This document shows positions 1 to 7,766 of a stretch of DNA of 33,906 nucleotides, in pieces (positions within the stretch are counted from its first letter, which is position 1; each line of letters opens with the position of its first letter). The notes below the pieces were generated by a model. That model did not search any database, had not been told where the DNA came from, and worked only from the letters and a program-made list of their open reading frames with translations. The stretch is from a virus (taxonomy: Duplodnaviria > Caudoviricetes), in IMG/VR virus record IMGVR_UViG_3300032239_001223, positions 1-33,906 of that record. One strand, written 5' to 3'. The translations under genes and the position numbers were made by a program.

Positions 1-1
1 A

Positions 2-505
2 AATCTTGATGAACATGTTGCCAAGGAACAAGCACTCAAGGCAGAGATTGCTGATCTAACTGAACAGATGGGTGTGTATAAGGTTGCCTATGCAAAGCAA
101 CAGGCAGTACAGAAAGAAGTTCAGTGCCTTACTCAGAACATCTACTACGAAGCTGGCTCAGAACCAAACGCTGGTAAGATTGCTGTTGCTGAAGTGACAA
201 TGAATCGTGTCAAGAGCGGATATGCCAAGACAGTCTGTGGTGTTGTCACTCAAAAGAGTAACGGTATTTGTCAGTTCTCTTGGGTTTGCTCGCCGAAGAA
301 AGCAATCAACTCAATGAAGAATTGGGTTGAGTCAAAGAAGATTGCTGAGAATATTTTGATTTCTAAGAAGAAGTACGGTATAATAGGAAACGCGACGCAT
401 TTTCATGCTGACTATGTTGACCCTTCTTGGGCTGATAGCAAGAAGTATGTTTCTCAAATTGGTCGACACGTGTTTTATTCAGAGAGGTTAAAGGATGGCA
501 AGTAG
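2..505 (+). CDS. SleB/Hydrolase_2-family cell wall hydrolase with N-terminal coiled coil (5'-truncated)
   Basis: Motifs CLTQNIYYEAGSE, GKIAVAEVTMNRV, CQFSW, ATHFHADYVDPSW and IGRHVFY. The frame is open back to base 2 (NLDEHVAKEQALKAEIADLTEQM), so the true start lies upstream of the window. Confidence 0.9.
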   Translation, partial: NLDEHVAKEQALKAEIADLTEQMGVYKVAYAKQQAVQKEVQCLTQNIYYEAGSEPNAGKIAVAEVTMNRVKSGYAKTVCGVVTQKSNGICQFSWVCSPKKAINSMKNWVESKKIAENILISKKKYGIIGNATHFHADYVDPSWADSKKYVSQIGRHVFYSERLKDGK

Positions 506-716
506 AGAAGAAAAGAATCAGTTCTCAATGATGATCATGCAAGCAGCAATTAATCAAAAGACTGATCACATAAATGCTATTGCATCTTACTGTGAAAAGA
601 ATAATTTTGAGATCGAAATGGCTGCGGGATTGATTAATGAATGTTTAAGGAGTATCATTGAAGGTGAGGCAATGGAAATGCGTTATCTCCCAAGAGGCAG
701 TCGACTTCCTCTATGA
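495..716 (+). CDS. gp33: T4 gp33-like late transcription co-activator
   Basis: 73 aa with AIASYCEKNNFEIE, LINECLRSIIEGEA and YLPRGSRLPL; lies upstream of gp59-gp32 as in T4-like phages. Confidence 0.8.
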   Translation: MASREEKNQFSMMIMQAAINQKTDHINAIASYCEKNNFEIEMAAGLINECLRSIIEGEAMEMRYLPRGSRLPL

Positions 717-916
717 AGAACGTTCTGACTGAGTTCCCATTTTGCCTCGTTGGAATGACAGAAGAAGATGCAAGAAAACATTGCGTCGATAATGACCTTT
801 TGTTTAGATGCGTTGAAAGAAATGGGGATAAAGTTTCACATGGTCGTGATGCGCGTATTGATAGAATCAGCGCCGCTATTGAGAATAATATGATTGTAAG
901 AGCGTGGTTCGGATAA
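713..916 (+). CDS. Small protein resembling I13/I78 (potato inhibitor I-fold) protease inhibitors
   Basis: LVGMTEEDARK...FRCVERNG...GRDARIDRISAAIENNMIVRAWFG matches the pattern VGx4A...R...(T/x)xDxRxDR...G. ATGA overlap with gp33. Confidence 0.55.
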   Translation: MKNVLTEFPFCLVGMTEEDARKHCVDNDLLFRCVERNGDKVSHGRDARIDRISAAIENNMIVRAWFG

Positions 917-942
917 ATGGATATTATTTTTATAACTTTAAC

Positions 943-1539
943 ATGAACGGATATGAATTCTATAAGCTGTACAATGCAGTCAAGCTGCATTTCTCTAGCG
1001 AAGGCTATAACTTCTTCACCTTTGATGGGCATATTAGATCATCTCCTGATGCCTTTGAACGTCGTAAGGACAAGTACATCTTTCATAAACTTGCAAGAAT
1101 GTACAAGGAAGATGAGGCTGTAAGTTTTCTTGTTGCCAACTTTGTTGATGGTAATGCCAGCTGGTCTAGAAAACTTGTGTCTAGTGAAGCTGCTAAAGCC
1201 TACGCAGAATGGCAGCGTGTTACAGAATCAATGAGCGAGACGTTTAAGAATGATCTTGCTCGCGTTGTTCCAGTGCCAGCTGAGTTCAACAAGTTATTCG
1301 AAGTCAATGATGGGCAGTTACCCAAACTCATGGTGTGTCTCCAGCAGAAGGATGTAACCATTGAGACCATGGTAATTCTAAACAACATTCTTGGCTTCAT
1401 AAAGGTTTGGGATAAGAAGATAGAAGACGACATCATCTATCCCAAAGCGTCAATGAAGATCCGTAAATATGGATCATTTCTTAACGTAAACGTGGACAAG
1501 TATAAAAACTTGTTAAAGTCGCATTTGACTTCTGCTTGA
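943..1539 (+). CDS. gp59: gp59 helicase loader
   Basis: MNGYEFYKLYNAVKLHF...YNFFTFDG...FERRKDKYIFHKLA...FLVANF. ATG at 943 is preferred over the GTG at 904. Directly precedes gp32. Confidence 0.88.
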   Translation: MNGYEFYKLYNAVKLHFSSEGYNFFTFDGHIRSSPDAFERRKDKYIFHKLARMYKEDEAVSFLVANFVDGNASWSRKLVSSEAAKAYAEWQRVTESMSETFKNDLARVVPVPAEFNKLFEVNDGQLPKLMVCLQQKDVTIETMVILNNILGFIKVWDKKIEDDIIYPKASMKIRKYGSFLNVNVDKYKNLLKSHLTSA

Positions 1540-1553
1540 TTATACTATATAAT
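1525..1553 (+). promoter_or_regulatory. sigma70-type promoter for gene 32
   Basis: TTGACT (1525-1530), 17 bp spacer, TATAAT (1548-1553). Confidence 0.8.
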
Positions 1554-1586
1554 AATATGGTGATGAAGAAAGTGGATAAGTCGTTT

Positions 1587-1620
1587 ATACAATTAATACA
1601 AACATACGGAGTATACAAAC
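1587..1620 (+). promoter_or_regulatory. Gene 32 leader with ATAC repeats and Shine-Dalgarno; putative autoregulatory operator
   Basis: ATAC at 1587, 1596, 1604 and 1613; GGAG at 1608-1611. Confidence 0.5.
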
Positions 1621-2523
1621 ATGAGTTTAGCAAATCTTAAGAAGGGTTCTTCTCTTGACAAGTTGAAGCGTGCTGTTGAGCAATCACAGTCAGGTGGTGG
1701 CGGAGAGAAGAAGGGTGCCGATGATCGCATTTGGTCGCCCGATGTTGATAAGGCTGGTAATGGTTATGCTGTGATCCGATTCTTGGATACACCAGCAGTT
1801 GATGGTGAAGATGGGCTACCTTGGGTTCAGGTCTGGAACCATGGCTTTCAGGGTCCTGGTGGCTGGTACATCGAGAATAGTCTGACCACGCTCGGTAAGG
1901 CTGACCCTGTTTCTGAGCATAACACCGTTCTATGGAACTCTGGCATCGAAGCCAACAAGGAAATTGCACGTAAGCAAAAGCGTCGTCTTTCTTACATTGC
2001 TAATATTCTTGTGATCTCTGATGCAAAGCGTCCTGAGAATGAAGGTAAGGTGTTCCTTTACAAGTTCGGCAAGAAGATCTTTGACAAGATCAATGAGCAG
2101 CTGGCACCACAGTTCCAGGATGAGACTCCTCTTAATCCGTTTGACTTCTGGAAGGGTGCTAACTTCAAGATCAAGATTCGTCAGGTTGAAGGCTATCGCA
2201 ACTATGACAAGTCTGAGTTTGAATCACCTTCAGCATTGTTCGAAGGTGATGATAACAAGATCGAGAAGGTCTGGAAGAATGCGTATTCCCTCAAAGAATT
2301 CGTTGACCCAAAGAACTTCAAGTCTTATGATGAACTGAAGGCAAAGCTGAACAAGGTTCTTGGTGCTGGTGGCGCATCTGCTGCCTCTGCTAAGAAGATT
2401 GACGACGAGGAAGCATATAGTGCTCCTGTTCGTTCGGCTCCTGCCAAGAAGGTCACAGCTGAGGCGACAAGCCTATCGGATGACGACGACATGTCGTACT
2501 TCGAACAGCTGGCTGCTGAGTAA
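1621..2523 (+). CDS. gp32: Single-stranded DNA-binding protein gp32
   Basis: DKAGNGYAVIRFL, HGFQGPGGWYIENSLTT, NEGKVFLYKFGKKIFDKI, PFDFWKGANFKIKIR, and an acidic tail DDDDMSYFEQLAAE. Confidence 0.97.
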   Translation: MSLANLKKGSSLDKLKRAVEQSQSGGGGEKKGADDRIWSPDVDKAGNGYAVIRFLDTPAVDGEDGLPWVQVWNHGFQGPGGWYIENSLTTLGKADPVSEHNTVLWNSGIEANKEIARKQKRRLSYIANILVISDAKRPENEGKVFLYKFGKKIFDKINEQLAPQFQDETPLNPFDFWKGANFKIKIRQVEGYRNYDKSEFESPSALFEGDDNKIEKVWKNAYSLKEFVDPKNFKSYDELKAKLNKVLGAGGASAASAKKIDDEEAYSAPVRSAPAKKVTAEATSLSDDDDMSYFEQLAAE

Positions 2524-2565
2524 AACTTCTTCAATAAGCACAGAGTGCGTTTAAGTTGAAGTTTG

Positions 2566-2593
2566 AGGGGGACTAGAAATAGTCCCCCTTTTT
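2566..2593 (+). terminator. Rho-independent terminator after gene 32
   Basis: Stem AGGGGGACTA, GAAA loop, TAGTCCCCCT, then a T-run; lies between convergent genes. Confidence 0.9.
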
Positions 2594-2594
2594 A

Positions 2595-5093
2595 TTACAC
2601 CATTGATACTGTAGTGAATGCGCTTGGGTGTGAGAAGTCTTTTGCTAGTGCGCGAGTGAAGGTATCTTCTACTAATCTTGCACTTGCTTTCACTGAGTGA
2701 TCTGGGTTCGGTGGTTTTGGTGATGCCTGAGGTCTGGCTGGAACAGAAATTCGCGGTGCAGGGGAAACATTTGAAGCAACCATTTGTTCTTTCGCAGCAG
2801 TGACTTCGGTTGTATTCTCAGCAACTGCTTGAGCATACGTTGGTGGTGTCTCAACTGGAGAAGCTGTTGGATCAGTAGATGGTGTTGGTGGAACTGGAGA
2901 AGCTGTTGGAGGAGAAGCTGTTGGAGCAGAAGGTGCTGATATAGCAGCAGCGGCTGGACTACTATCTCCACCATTCCCTGCAATTGGAGCAGGTCCAGCC
3001 TGCGCGACTGCATCCGGAACATCCGGAACTTGTACAGATTGCCCAGTACTAAGATCAACATCCTTTCCATTTGCATCAGCTACAATAGGCTTTGATCCTG
3101 GTGTTGGATTGTCTGGTGTTGGAGGTGTTCCGCTCGCCTGAACGTGCCATGCTTCATTGTTTAATGGTCTAATCAATCCAAATAGAGCTAGGAATGAATC
3201 AGTAGTCATCTTCTGACCATTAACAACTGAACCGTCAATTGCATCAATACCAGCTGCGCCCTTTGAATTAATATCAACAGCAAGACCAGAATTATGCGCG
3301 CTGCCCTTGCCACCTAATGCTTGTGGTAATGCAACCCACTTTCTAGTTGCTGCTTTGAGTTTCGCATCATCCCAATCTGGGTGTTGCTTTTTTATTTCAG
3401 CATACTTTTTATTCCAAAGTTCAAGCTGTTTAGCATCACTTCTGACACCAGATGTGATCATTAAAGTTTTGCCAGTTGCATCTTTAAATGCTGCAGCCAT
3501 TTTAGCAACACGGTCTTCAAATCCGTCATCGAGACCTTTAATGTCTACACCAGAATTTTGTAGTGTTACTACTTTGCTTAGATCTGGAGCCTTACCGCCA
3601 GAAACTGTAATACTATCATTCGCTGCTTTTTTATCTGAAGATCCACTTGGTGGTGAACCTCCAGCCATGTTTGATCCTTGAGGTGTTGCTGTTGGTGTTG
3701 GTGCTGCTGCTGCTGGTGCTGCTGCTGCTGGTGCTGGTGGTGCTGCTGCTGCTTGTTCTGCTTCTGGTGCTGCTGCTGCTGGTTCTTTTGGTGGTGCTGC
3801 TTCTGGTGCTGCTGCTGGTTCTTTTGGTGGTGCTGCTTCTGGTGCTGCTGCTGGTTCTTTTGGTGGCGCTGCTCCTTCTTTTGGAGGAACAGGTGCTGCT
3901 GCATCGCTGCCTTTTAAGAATGAGAATGGAGCAAAATGAATAGGACCGCCGAACGCTTTCGGCAATGGTAGTGTAAAGTCGACTTTAAGGAGCATATCTT
4001 TGAGAAAGTCCCAAATAGCTGAACCTATTTTTTTATAAAGGTCTAATTCCGCGCTAAAAAACTTATATATAAGTTCACCAGCTTTAATAAGCAATGGAAA
4101 TGCTGCTCCAATAGCGCCACCGATGAGTCCATAGAATTTCTTTAGACTGAACATGTCTAAAATTTCTTCGACAAAATCAGAAACCTTTTTAACATTTTCA
4201 CCAATCTTATCAACACCTTCACCAACTTTTGCAACTTCTTCTTCAGTTGCTGGATTTGGTCCTTTAACAGTCTCGGCTTTGCCTTCCATAACCTTACTTG
4301 CTGTTGCTGTTCCGCCTGCTGCAGCGCCTGCAAGTGCTGCACCACTATTTCCAATACCTGCAACTTTTAGAGCAGATGGGCTTAGGTTCATTTTTTGTCT
4401 GGCAGTCTCAGCTCCAACCATTTTCTTGGTTTTAATGTCGTGATATCTACCAGTTTCTTTTGAATACTTGAGACCAGAATCTTTCTCGAGTTTTCTCATT
4501 GCTTTCTTGGTTGTTGGAACTTCCTTTGAAGGACTTGCACGAAGTTTATTGGCAATACCTTCTACAACAGAACGAATTTCTTTTACAATGTCAAAGATTT
4601 TACTAATATTATCAGTTAAATCTTTTTGAACAGTTTCCTTTTTCTCTGCTTCTTTCTTTTCTTTTTTGGGCTTTGCCTTTTCGTCTAGATTAAATTTCTC
4701 TCTGAGTTTTGTTAACTCTTTATCATCAACTTTCTTACCAAAAATTCTATCAATCATTGCAGCTGATTTTGGATCTGCACCAAATGCCTTGGCAATATTA
4801 CCATATCTGGACTTCACACCAGTCTTGGCTGTTTTAAATTCTTGTTGTAACTCAAATGATTTCTGAGCACCTTTGACGCCACCTTTGAGTCTTCCGATAA
4901 CACCAGTTTTGCCTTCTAGTTCTTTATTAAAGGCTTCTTCCTGAAGTTCTTTTAGCTTATCATTCTTTATACCATCATCTTTTTTAGAGCGTTTCTTTTT
5001 ACCAGAAGCTGTTGACTCAAGTAAATCCTCAAGTGTCATATCTGGATTTTTCTTTAAAAGATCAGCTAGTTTTGCTTTTTTATTAATCTTCAT
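2595..5093 (-). CDS. gp29/tape-measure-like virion protein with an M15 (VanY-like) Zn peptidase domain
   Basis: Lys/Glu-rich helical N-terminus, a hydrophobic segment (FYGLIGGAIGAAFPLLI) and Pro/Ala linkers. Peptidase motifs ITSGVRS..Q, SAHNSGLAVDI and EAWHVQ. Located downstream of the gp26/gp51-like genes. Confidence 0.7.
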   Translation of the reverse strand: MKINKKAKLADLLKKNPDMTLEDLLESTASGKKKRSKKDDGIKNDKLKELQEEAFNKELEGKTGVIGRLKGGVKGAQKSFELQQEFKTAKTGVKSRYGNIAKAFGADPKSAAMIDRIFGKKVDDKELTKLREKFNLDEKAKPKKEKKEAEKKETVQKDLTDNISKIFDIVKEIRSVVEGIANKLRASPSKEVPTTKKAMRKLEKDSGLKYSKETGRYHDIKTKKMVGAETARQKMNLSPSALKVAGIGNSGAALAGAAAGGTATASKVMEGKAETVKGPNPATEEEVAKVGEGVDKIGENVKKVSDFVEEILDMFSLKKFYGLIGGAIGAAFPLLIKAGELIYKFFSAELDLYKKIGSAIWDFLKDMLLKVDFTLPLPKAFGGPIHFAPFSFLKGSDAAAPVPPKEGAAPPKEPAAAPEAAPPKEPAAAPEAAPPKEPAAAAPEAEQAAAAPPAPAAAAPAAAAPTPTATPQGSNMAGGSPPSGSSDKKAANDSITVSGGKAPDLSKVVTLQNSGVDIKGLDDGFEDRVAKMAAAFKDATGKTLMITSGVRSDAKQLELWNKKYAEIKKQHPDWDDAKLKAATRKWVALPQALGGKGSAHNSGLAVDINSKGAAGIDAIDGSVVNGQKMTTDSFLALFGLIRPLNNEAWHVQASGTPPTPDNPTPGSKPIVADANGKDVDLSTGQSVQVPDVPDAVAQAGPAPIAGNGGDSSPAAAAISAPSAPTASPPTASPVPPTPSTDPTASPVETPPTYAQAVAENTTEVTAAKEQMVASNVSPAPRISVPARPQASPKPPNPDHSVKASARLVEDTFTRALAKDFSHPSAFTTVSMV
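3685..3880. repeat. 36-nt tandem repeat (PPKEPAAAPEAA) plus GCT/GGT low-complexity tract
   Basis: ggttcttttggtggtgctgcttctggtgctgctgct at 3781 and 3817, with a partial copy at 3853. Confidence 0.9.
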
Positions 5094-5308
5094 TATCTTC
5101 TTCTGCTCGATCTAACTGCGGATTTCTGCGCTAGTTGTTGCTGTTGAATACGTTCTTTTTCTTCCTTTAACCAATTCAAAAGCATAGTAACGTATGACTG
5201 CCTTTCCCAAGGAATCATATTTTCAATATCACTCAAAGACCACTTGTGATGCTGAATCAAACTAAAATTACAACTAAAGTAATTTTTCAAATTATCATAA
5301 CCAAACAT
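5093..5308 (-). CDS. gp51: gp51-like baseplate hub assembly protein / tail chaperone C-terminal part
   Basis: NYFSCNFSLIQHHKWSLSDIENMIPWERQSYVTMLL is typical of this small conserved T4-like gene. Confidence 0.8.
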   Translation of the reverse strand: MFGYDNLKNYFSCNFSLIQHHKWSLSDIENMIPWERQSYVTMLLNWLKEEKERIQQQQLAQKSAVRSSRRR

Positions 5309-6033
5309 TAGCCGAAAAAATCGTTGATTCCTTGCACCACAATCGTGTGCTCAAAGCCACACTTACCACATGTTACCTGTTTCTGAGTCTGAACATAGGG
5401 CATTGTATTGAAGAAATTAGTGAATAACTTGACCTGCTCAATACCAATAGACCCAAGGAACTCAAAAACTTCTTCTTTATCTAAAGTATCAGCCATATAT
5501 CTAGAATTTTCATCAAAGACATAATCTAGATGTTCGTAAATTAACTCAAGGATATTTTCTAGTTCTTCATTATCTGAAGCAATTGAATTTGCAATCTTAA
5601 TTGACGGGTACTTTAGTACCACACCAACATTATCAGAAAGCATTATTTTATTAGAATGCCCTTCAATTTCTTGGAATTTAACTTCGTTCAGTTCAACATC
5701 AAACTTCATATTTGCGCCACATGGATTTTCTTCAACCACGTTTTCGCACTTATATGTTAATTCAAGGGTTTCACCAACGGAGTTTAAACGCAGATGAATA
5801 AAGATCATCTCCAGATCAAACATCGGAAGATTCTCAATATCAACTTTTTCTTCTAGAACGCAGTTATTAATAATCTGCTTAACTGTACTTAGAAGCGTCT
5901 CAATATCTTCTGCTTGTTTTGCCATCAATAGTAATTTTTCTTCTTTTACTAAAAATGGTCTAAACTTTACCTTACGATTTAATGATTTTAAATATACATC
6001 AAATGTAGGATAATTAATCTTAGGTAATGCCAT
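5308..6033 (-). CDS. gp26: gp26-like baseplate hub subunit / assembly chaperone
   Basis: MALPKI..PTF, VKFRPFLVKEEKLLLMA, FDLEMIFIHLRLNSVGE, CGKCG and a C-terminal GINDFFG. Confidence 0.85.
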   Translation of the reverse strand: MALPKINYPTFDVYLKSLNRKVKFRPFLVKEEKLLLMAKQAEDIETLLSTVKQIINNCVLEEKVDIENLPMFDLEMIFIHLRLNSVGETLELTYKCENVVEENPCGANMKFDVELNEVKFQEIEGHSNKIMLSDNVGVVLKYPSIKIANSIASDNEELENILELIYEHLDYVFDENSRYMADTLDKEEVFEFLGSIGIEQVKLFTNFFNTMPYVQTQKQVTCGKCGFEHTIVVQGINDFFG

Positions 6034-6052
6034 AATCTACTCCATGTTTAAA

Positions 6053-6760
6053 TTACCGACCACCACTCGCGCCACCCCCACCAAATTTTCCGCCACCGCC
6101 AATGAAACCACCCGACGAGGAAACTGGAAGTTTTGGAGGAGTAACTCCACTATATTTTTGAACCTTGTCTAGAGGACCAGAACTTACTTTAATGTCTTGT
6201 TGTTCTTCGTTTTTCCATCGATCATATTTAAATGTTACTGCCAGGCGATGAATATCGTCGCCACTCCAATTCAGCTGTAGCGGAGCAACGGTAACTGGGT
6301 ATGCATTAAGAAGTTTGCAAGTAAAGATTTTAATTGGTATATCTTGTTGTCCAAACTCATCTTCACCCTTTGAATAATCTGCGAATTGAATAATATCAAT
6401 AGTTGTCTGATATTCTTCTTTATATCCTAAAAGGTATGATGTTTTAGGGATGATTGTTTCCATCCAAGAATCGAAAAACTTCTTTTCCCAGAAGTCACCT
6501 GCGCAAATAAAGTTTAAAGTGATATCACTATAGGAAGCACCAGCGGCAACGAAAGTCGACGCGCCGAAAATCTTAGACTCGACCGTGTTAATTGTATAGC
6601 CTGGAAGTTCCGTCGAATCACACTGTAAAGTTAAATCTTCGATATTTGCGCCTTGAATCTTGATCGGAGGCTGAGCAATTTTAACTTCGAATTTAGAAAC
6701 TCTAGCGTAACCAGAGTGTCTATCGAAATTGCTTATAAAGTCGTCTACTTTAAATGACAT
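6053..6760 (-). CDS. Tail-tube family protein (gp54/gp19-like)
   Basis: LQCDSTELPG, FFDSWMETI, CKLLNAYPVTVAPLQLNW and LAVTFKYDRW are tube-fold motifs. Confidence 0.75.
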   Translation of the reverse strand: MSFKVDDFISNFDRHSGYARVSKFEVKIAQPPIKIQGANIEDLTLQCDSTELPGYTINTVESKIFGASTFVAAGASYSDITLNFICAGDFWEKKFFDSWMETIIPKTSYLLGYKEEYQTTIDIIQFADYSKGEDEFGQQDIPIKIFTCKLLNAYPVTVAPLQLNWSGDDIHRLAVTFKYDRWKNEEQQDIKVSSGPLDKVQKYSGVTPPKLPVSSSGGFIGGGGKFGGGGASGGR

Positions 6761-7308
6761 TAGGTACGATACACCATTTTCTCGAATGGAAGGAAGATAG
6801 CTGTTTCCCAGTTATCTGGTTCGATATAAACAAGCGACGAGATAATGTGTTGAAACAGATATCGTTTAACACAAGGCTCGAACATTCTATAACGACGAGA
6901 TTTAGCCAACAAATTATATGATAATTGTAATTTCGTCGTATCATCGTATTTATCATTATTGGCGAAATCTAATAGCCTGTCCAACAGAGCCAATCGGCTG
7001 TATGGATCGAGATAGTGAAGATTCAACCCCAGAAACCCATCCTGATATACTTCCATCGGAATGACCAGCGGAAACTTATCCCACACTGGAAGGGTATCTT
7101 TAAACTTAGGATCATAGTGGTAAAGGTACATCTTGCCGATAAAGGCTCGACCTGCGATACGTTTTGCATCGTTTAGAACATTGGATCGGTTCGTAGGAAT
7201 TTTCATTGCAGCGATATTTGCACCGAGCCATGCTCTGGCTGCAGAACTTCGAGGTTTTATTCCAGCCGCAGTTAGCTGTTTGCTTACTTTATCGAATAGT
7301 GATGGCAT
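6760..7308 (-). CDS. gp2: gp2 DNA end protector protein
   Basis: GKMYLYHYDPKFKDTLPVWDKFPLVI, GFLGLNLHYL, CVKRYL and WETAIFLP. Confidence 0.93.
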   Translation of the reverse strand: MPSLFDKVSKQLTAAGIKPRSSAARAWLGANIAAMKIPTNRSNVLNDAKRIAGRAFIGKMYLYHYDPKFKDTLPVWDKFPLVIPMEVYQDGFLGLNLHYLDPYSRLALLDRLLDFANNDKYDDTTKLQLSYNLLAKSRRYRMFEPCVKRYLFQHIISSLVYIEPDNWETAIFLPFEKMVYRT

Positions 7309-7742
7309 TATTTGAATATCTCGTTTTCTGTTATAACCTTAAACTGCCAGTTGCGGTCTTTGCAGTACTCAACCGCAGCTTTCCATTTCGCCTCGTTCAC
7401 ACCCCAAGTCACCACCTCACGGATATATTGGCGAGTGATTTTAGACTTTTTCTCTGGTGCAACAGACTGACTGGCAGGTTTCACCTCAAGAATCATCGCC
7501 TCTTGAATACCATTTCTATTCTTTATTCTCACGAAGAAATCAGGGAAGTAACGATGCCAACGATTATCAATTGGTGATAAATAGGGTATGACGATCTCTT
7601 CATTCGACCATCCAATCACACTCGGATTATCATCCAAGTGCACCATAACTCGGCGTTCCCAAAGAGATCTGTAGAAGACCTTGGTGGGATCACCTAAATA
7701 TTTATTAGCGTTCTTAGGAACGAATTTACCAGAGTATGCCAT
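7308..7742 (-). CDS. gp4: gp4 head completion protein (TnsA-like nuclease fold)
   Basis: YSGKFVPKNANKYLGDP, YRSLWE, IPYLSPIDNRWHRYFPDF, EVKP and NEAKWKAA. Confidence 0.95.
   Translation of the reverse strand: MAYSGKFVPKNANKYLGDPTKVFYRSLWERRVMVHLDDNPSVIGWSNEEIVIPYLSPIDNRWHRYFPDFFVRIKNRNGIQEAMILEVKPASQSVAPEKKSKITRQYIREVVTWGVNEAKWKAAVEYCKDRNWQFKVITENEIFK
7694..7700 (+). promoter_or_regulatory. Putative T4-type late promoter for the baseplate operon
   Basis: CTAAATA, a variant of TATAAATA, about 66 nt upstream of gp48 and inside gp4 on the opposite strand. Confidence 0.5.
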
Positions 7743-7747
7743 GCAAC

Positions 7748-7754
7748 TATTTAG
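7748..7754 (-). promoter_or_regulatory. Putative T4-type late promoter for the gp4-gp2-tail operon
   Basis: CTAAATA on the minus strand, 5 nt before the gp4 ATG. Confidence 0.65.
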
Positions 7755-7766
7755 TAGGGAAAAATA

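Noticed and set aside
904-942. GTG start for gp59
   Set aside because: It overlaps the upstream gene, and gp59-like sequence begins at the ATG at 943.
1572-1579. DnaA-box-like GTGGATAA
   Set aside because: It is a single imperfect copy with one weaker look-alike near 1492, which is insufficient to call an origin.
3578-3943. Poly-Q/H, poly-L/V and Cys/Trp-rich ORFs
   Set aside because: These are alternative-frame or antisense readings of the Pro/Ala repeat within the 832-aa gene.
7308-7742. TnsA-like transposase indicating a mobile element
   Set aside because: The sequence and its position next to gp2 identify it as the core head completion protein gp4.
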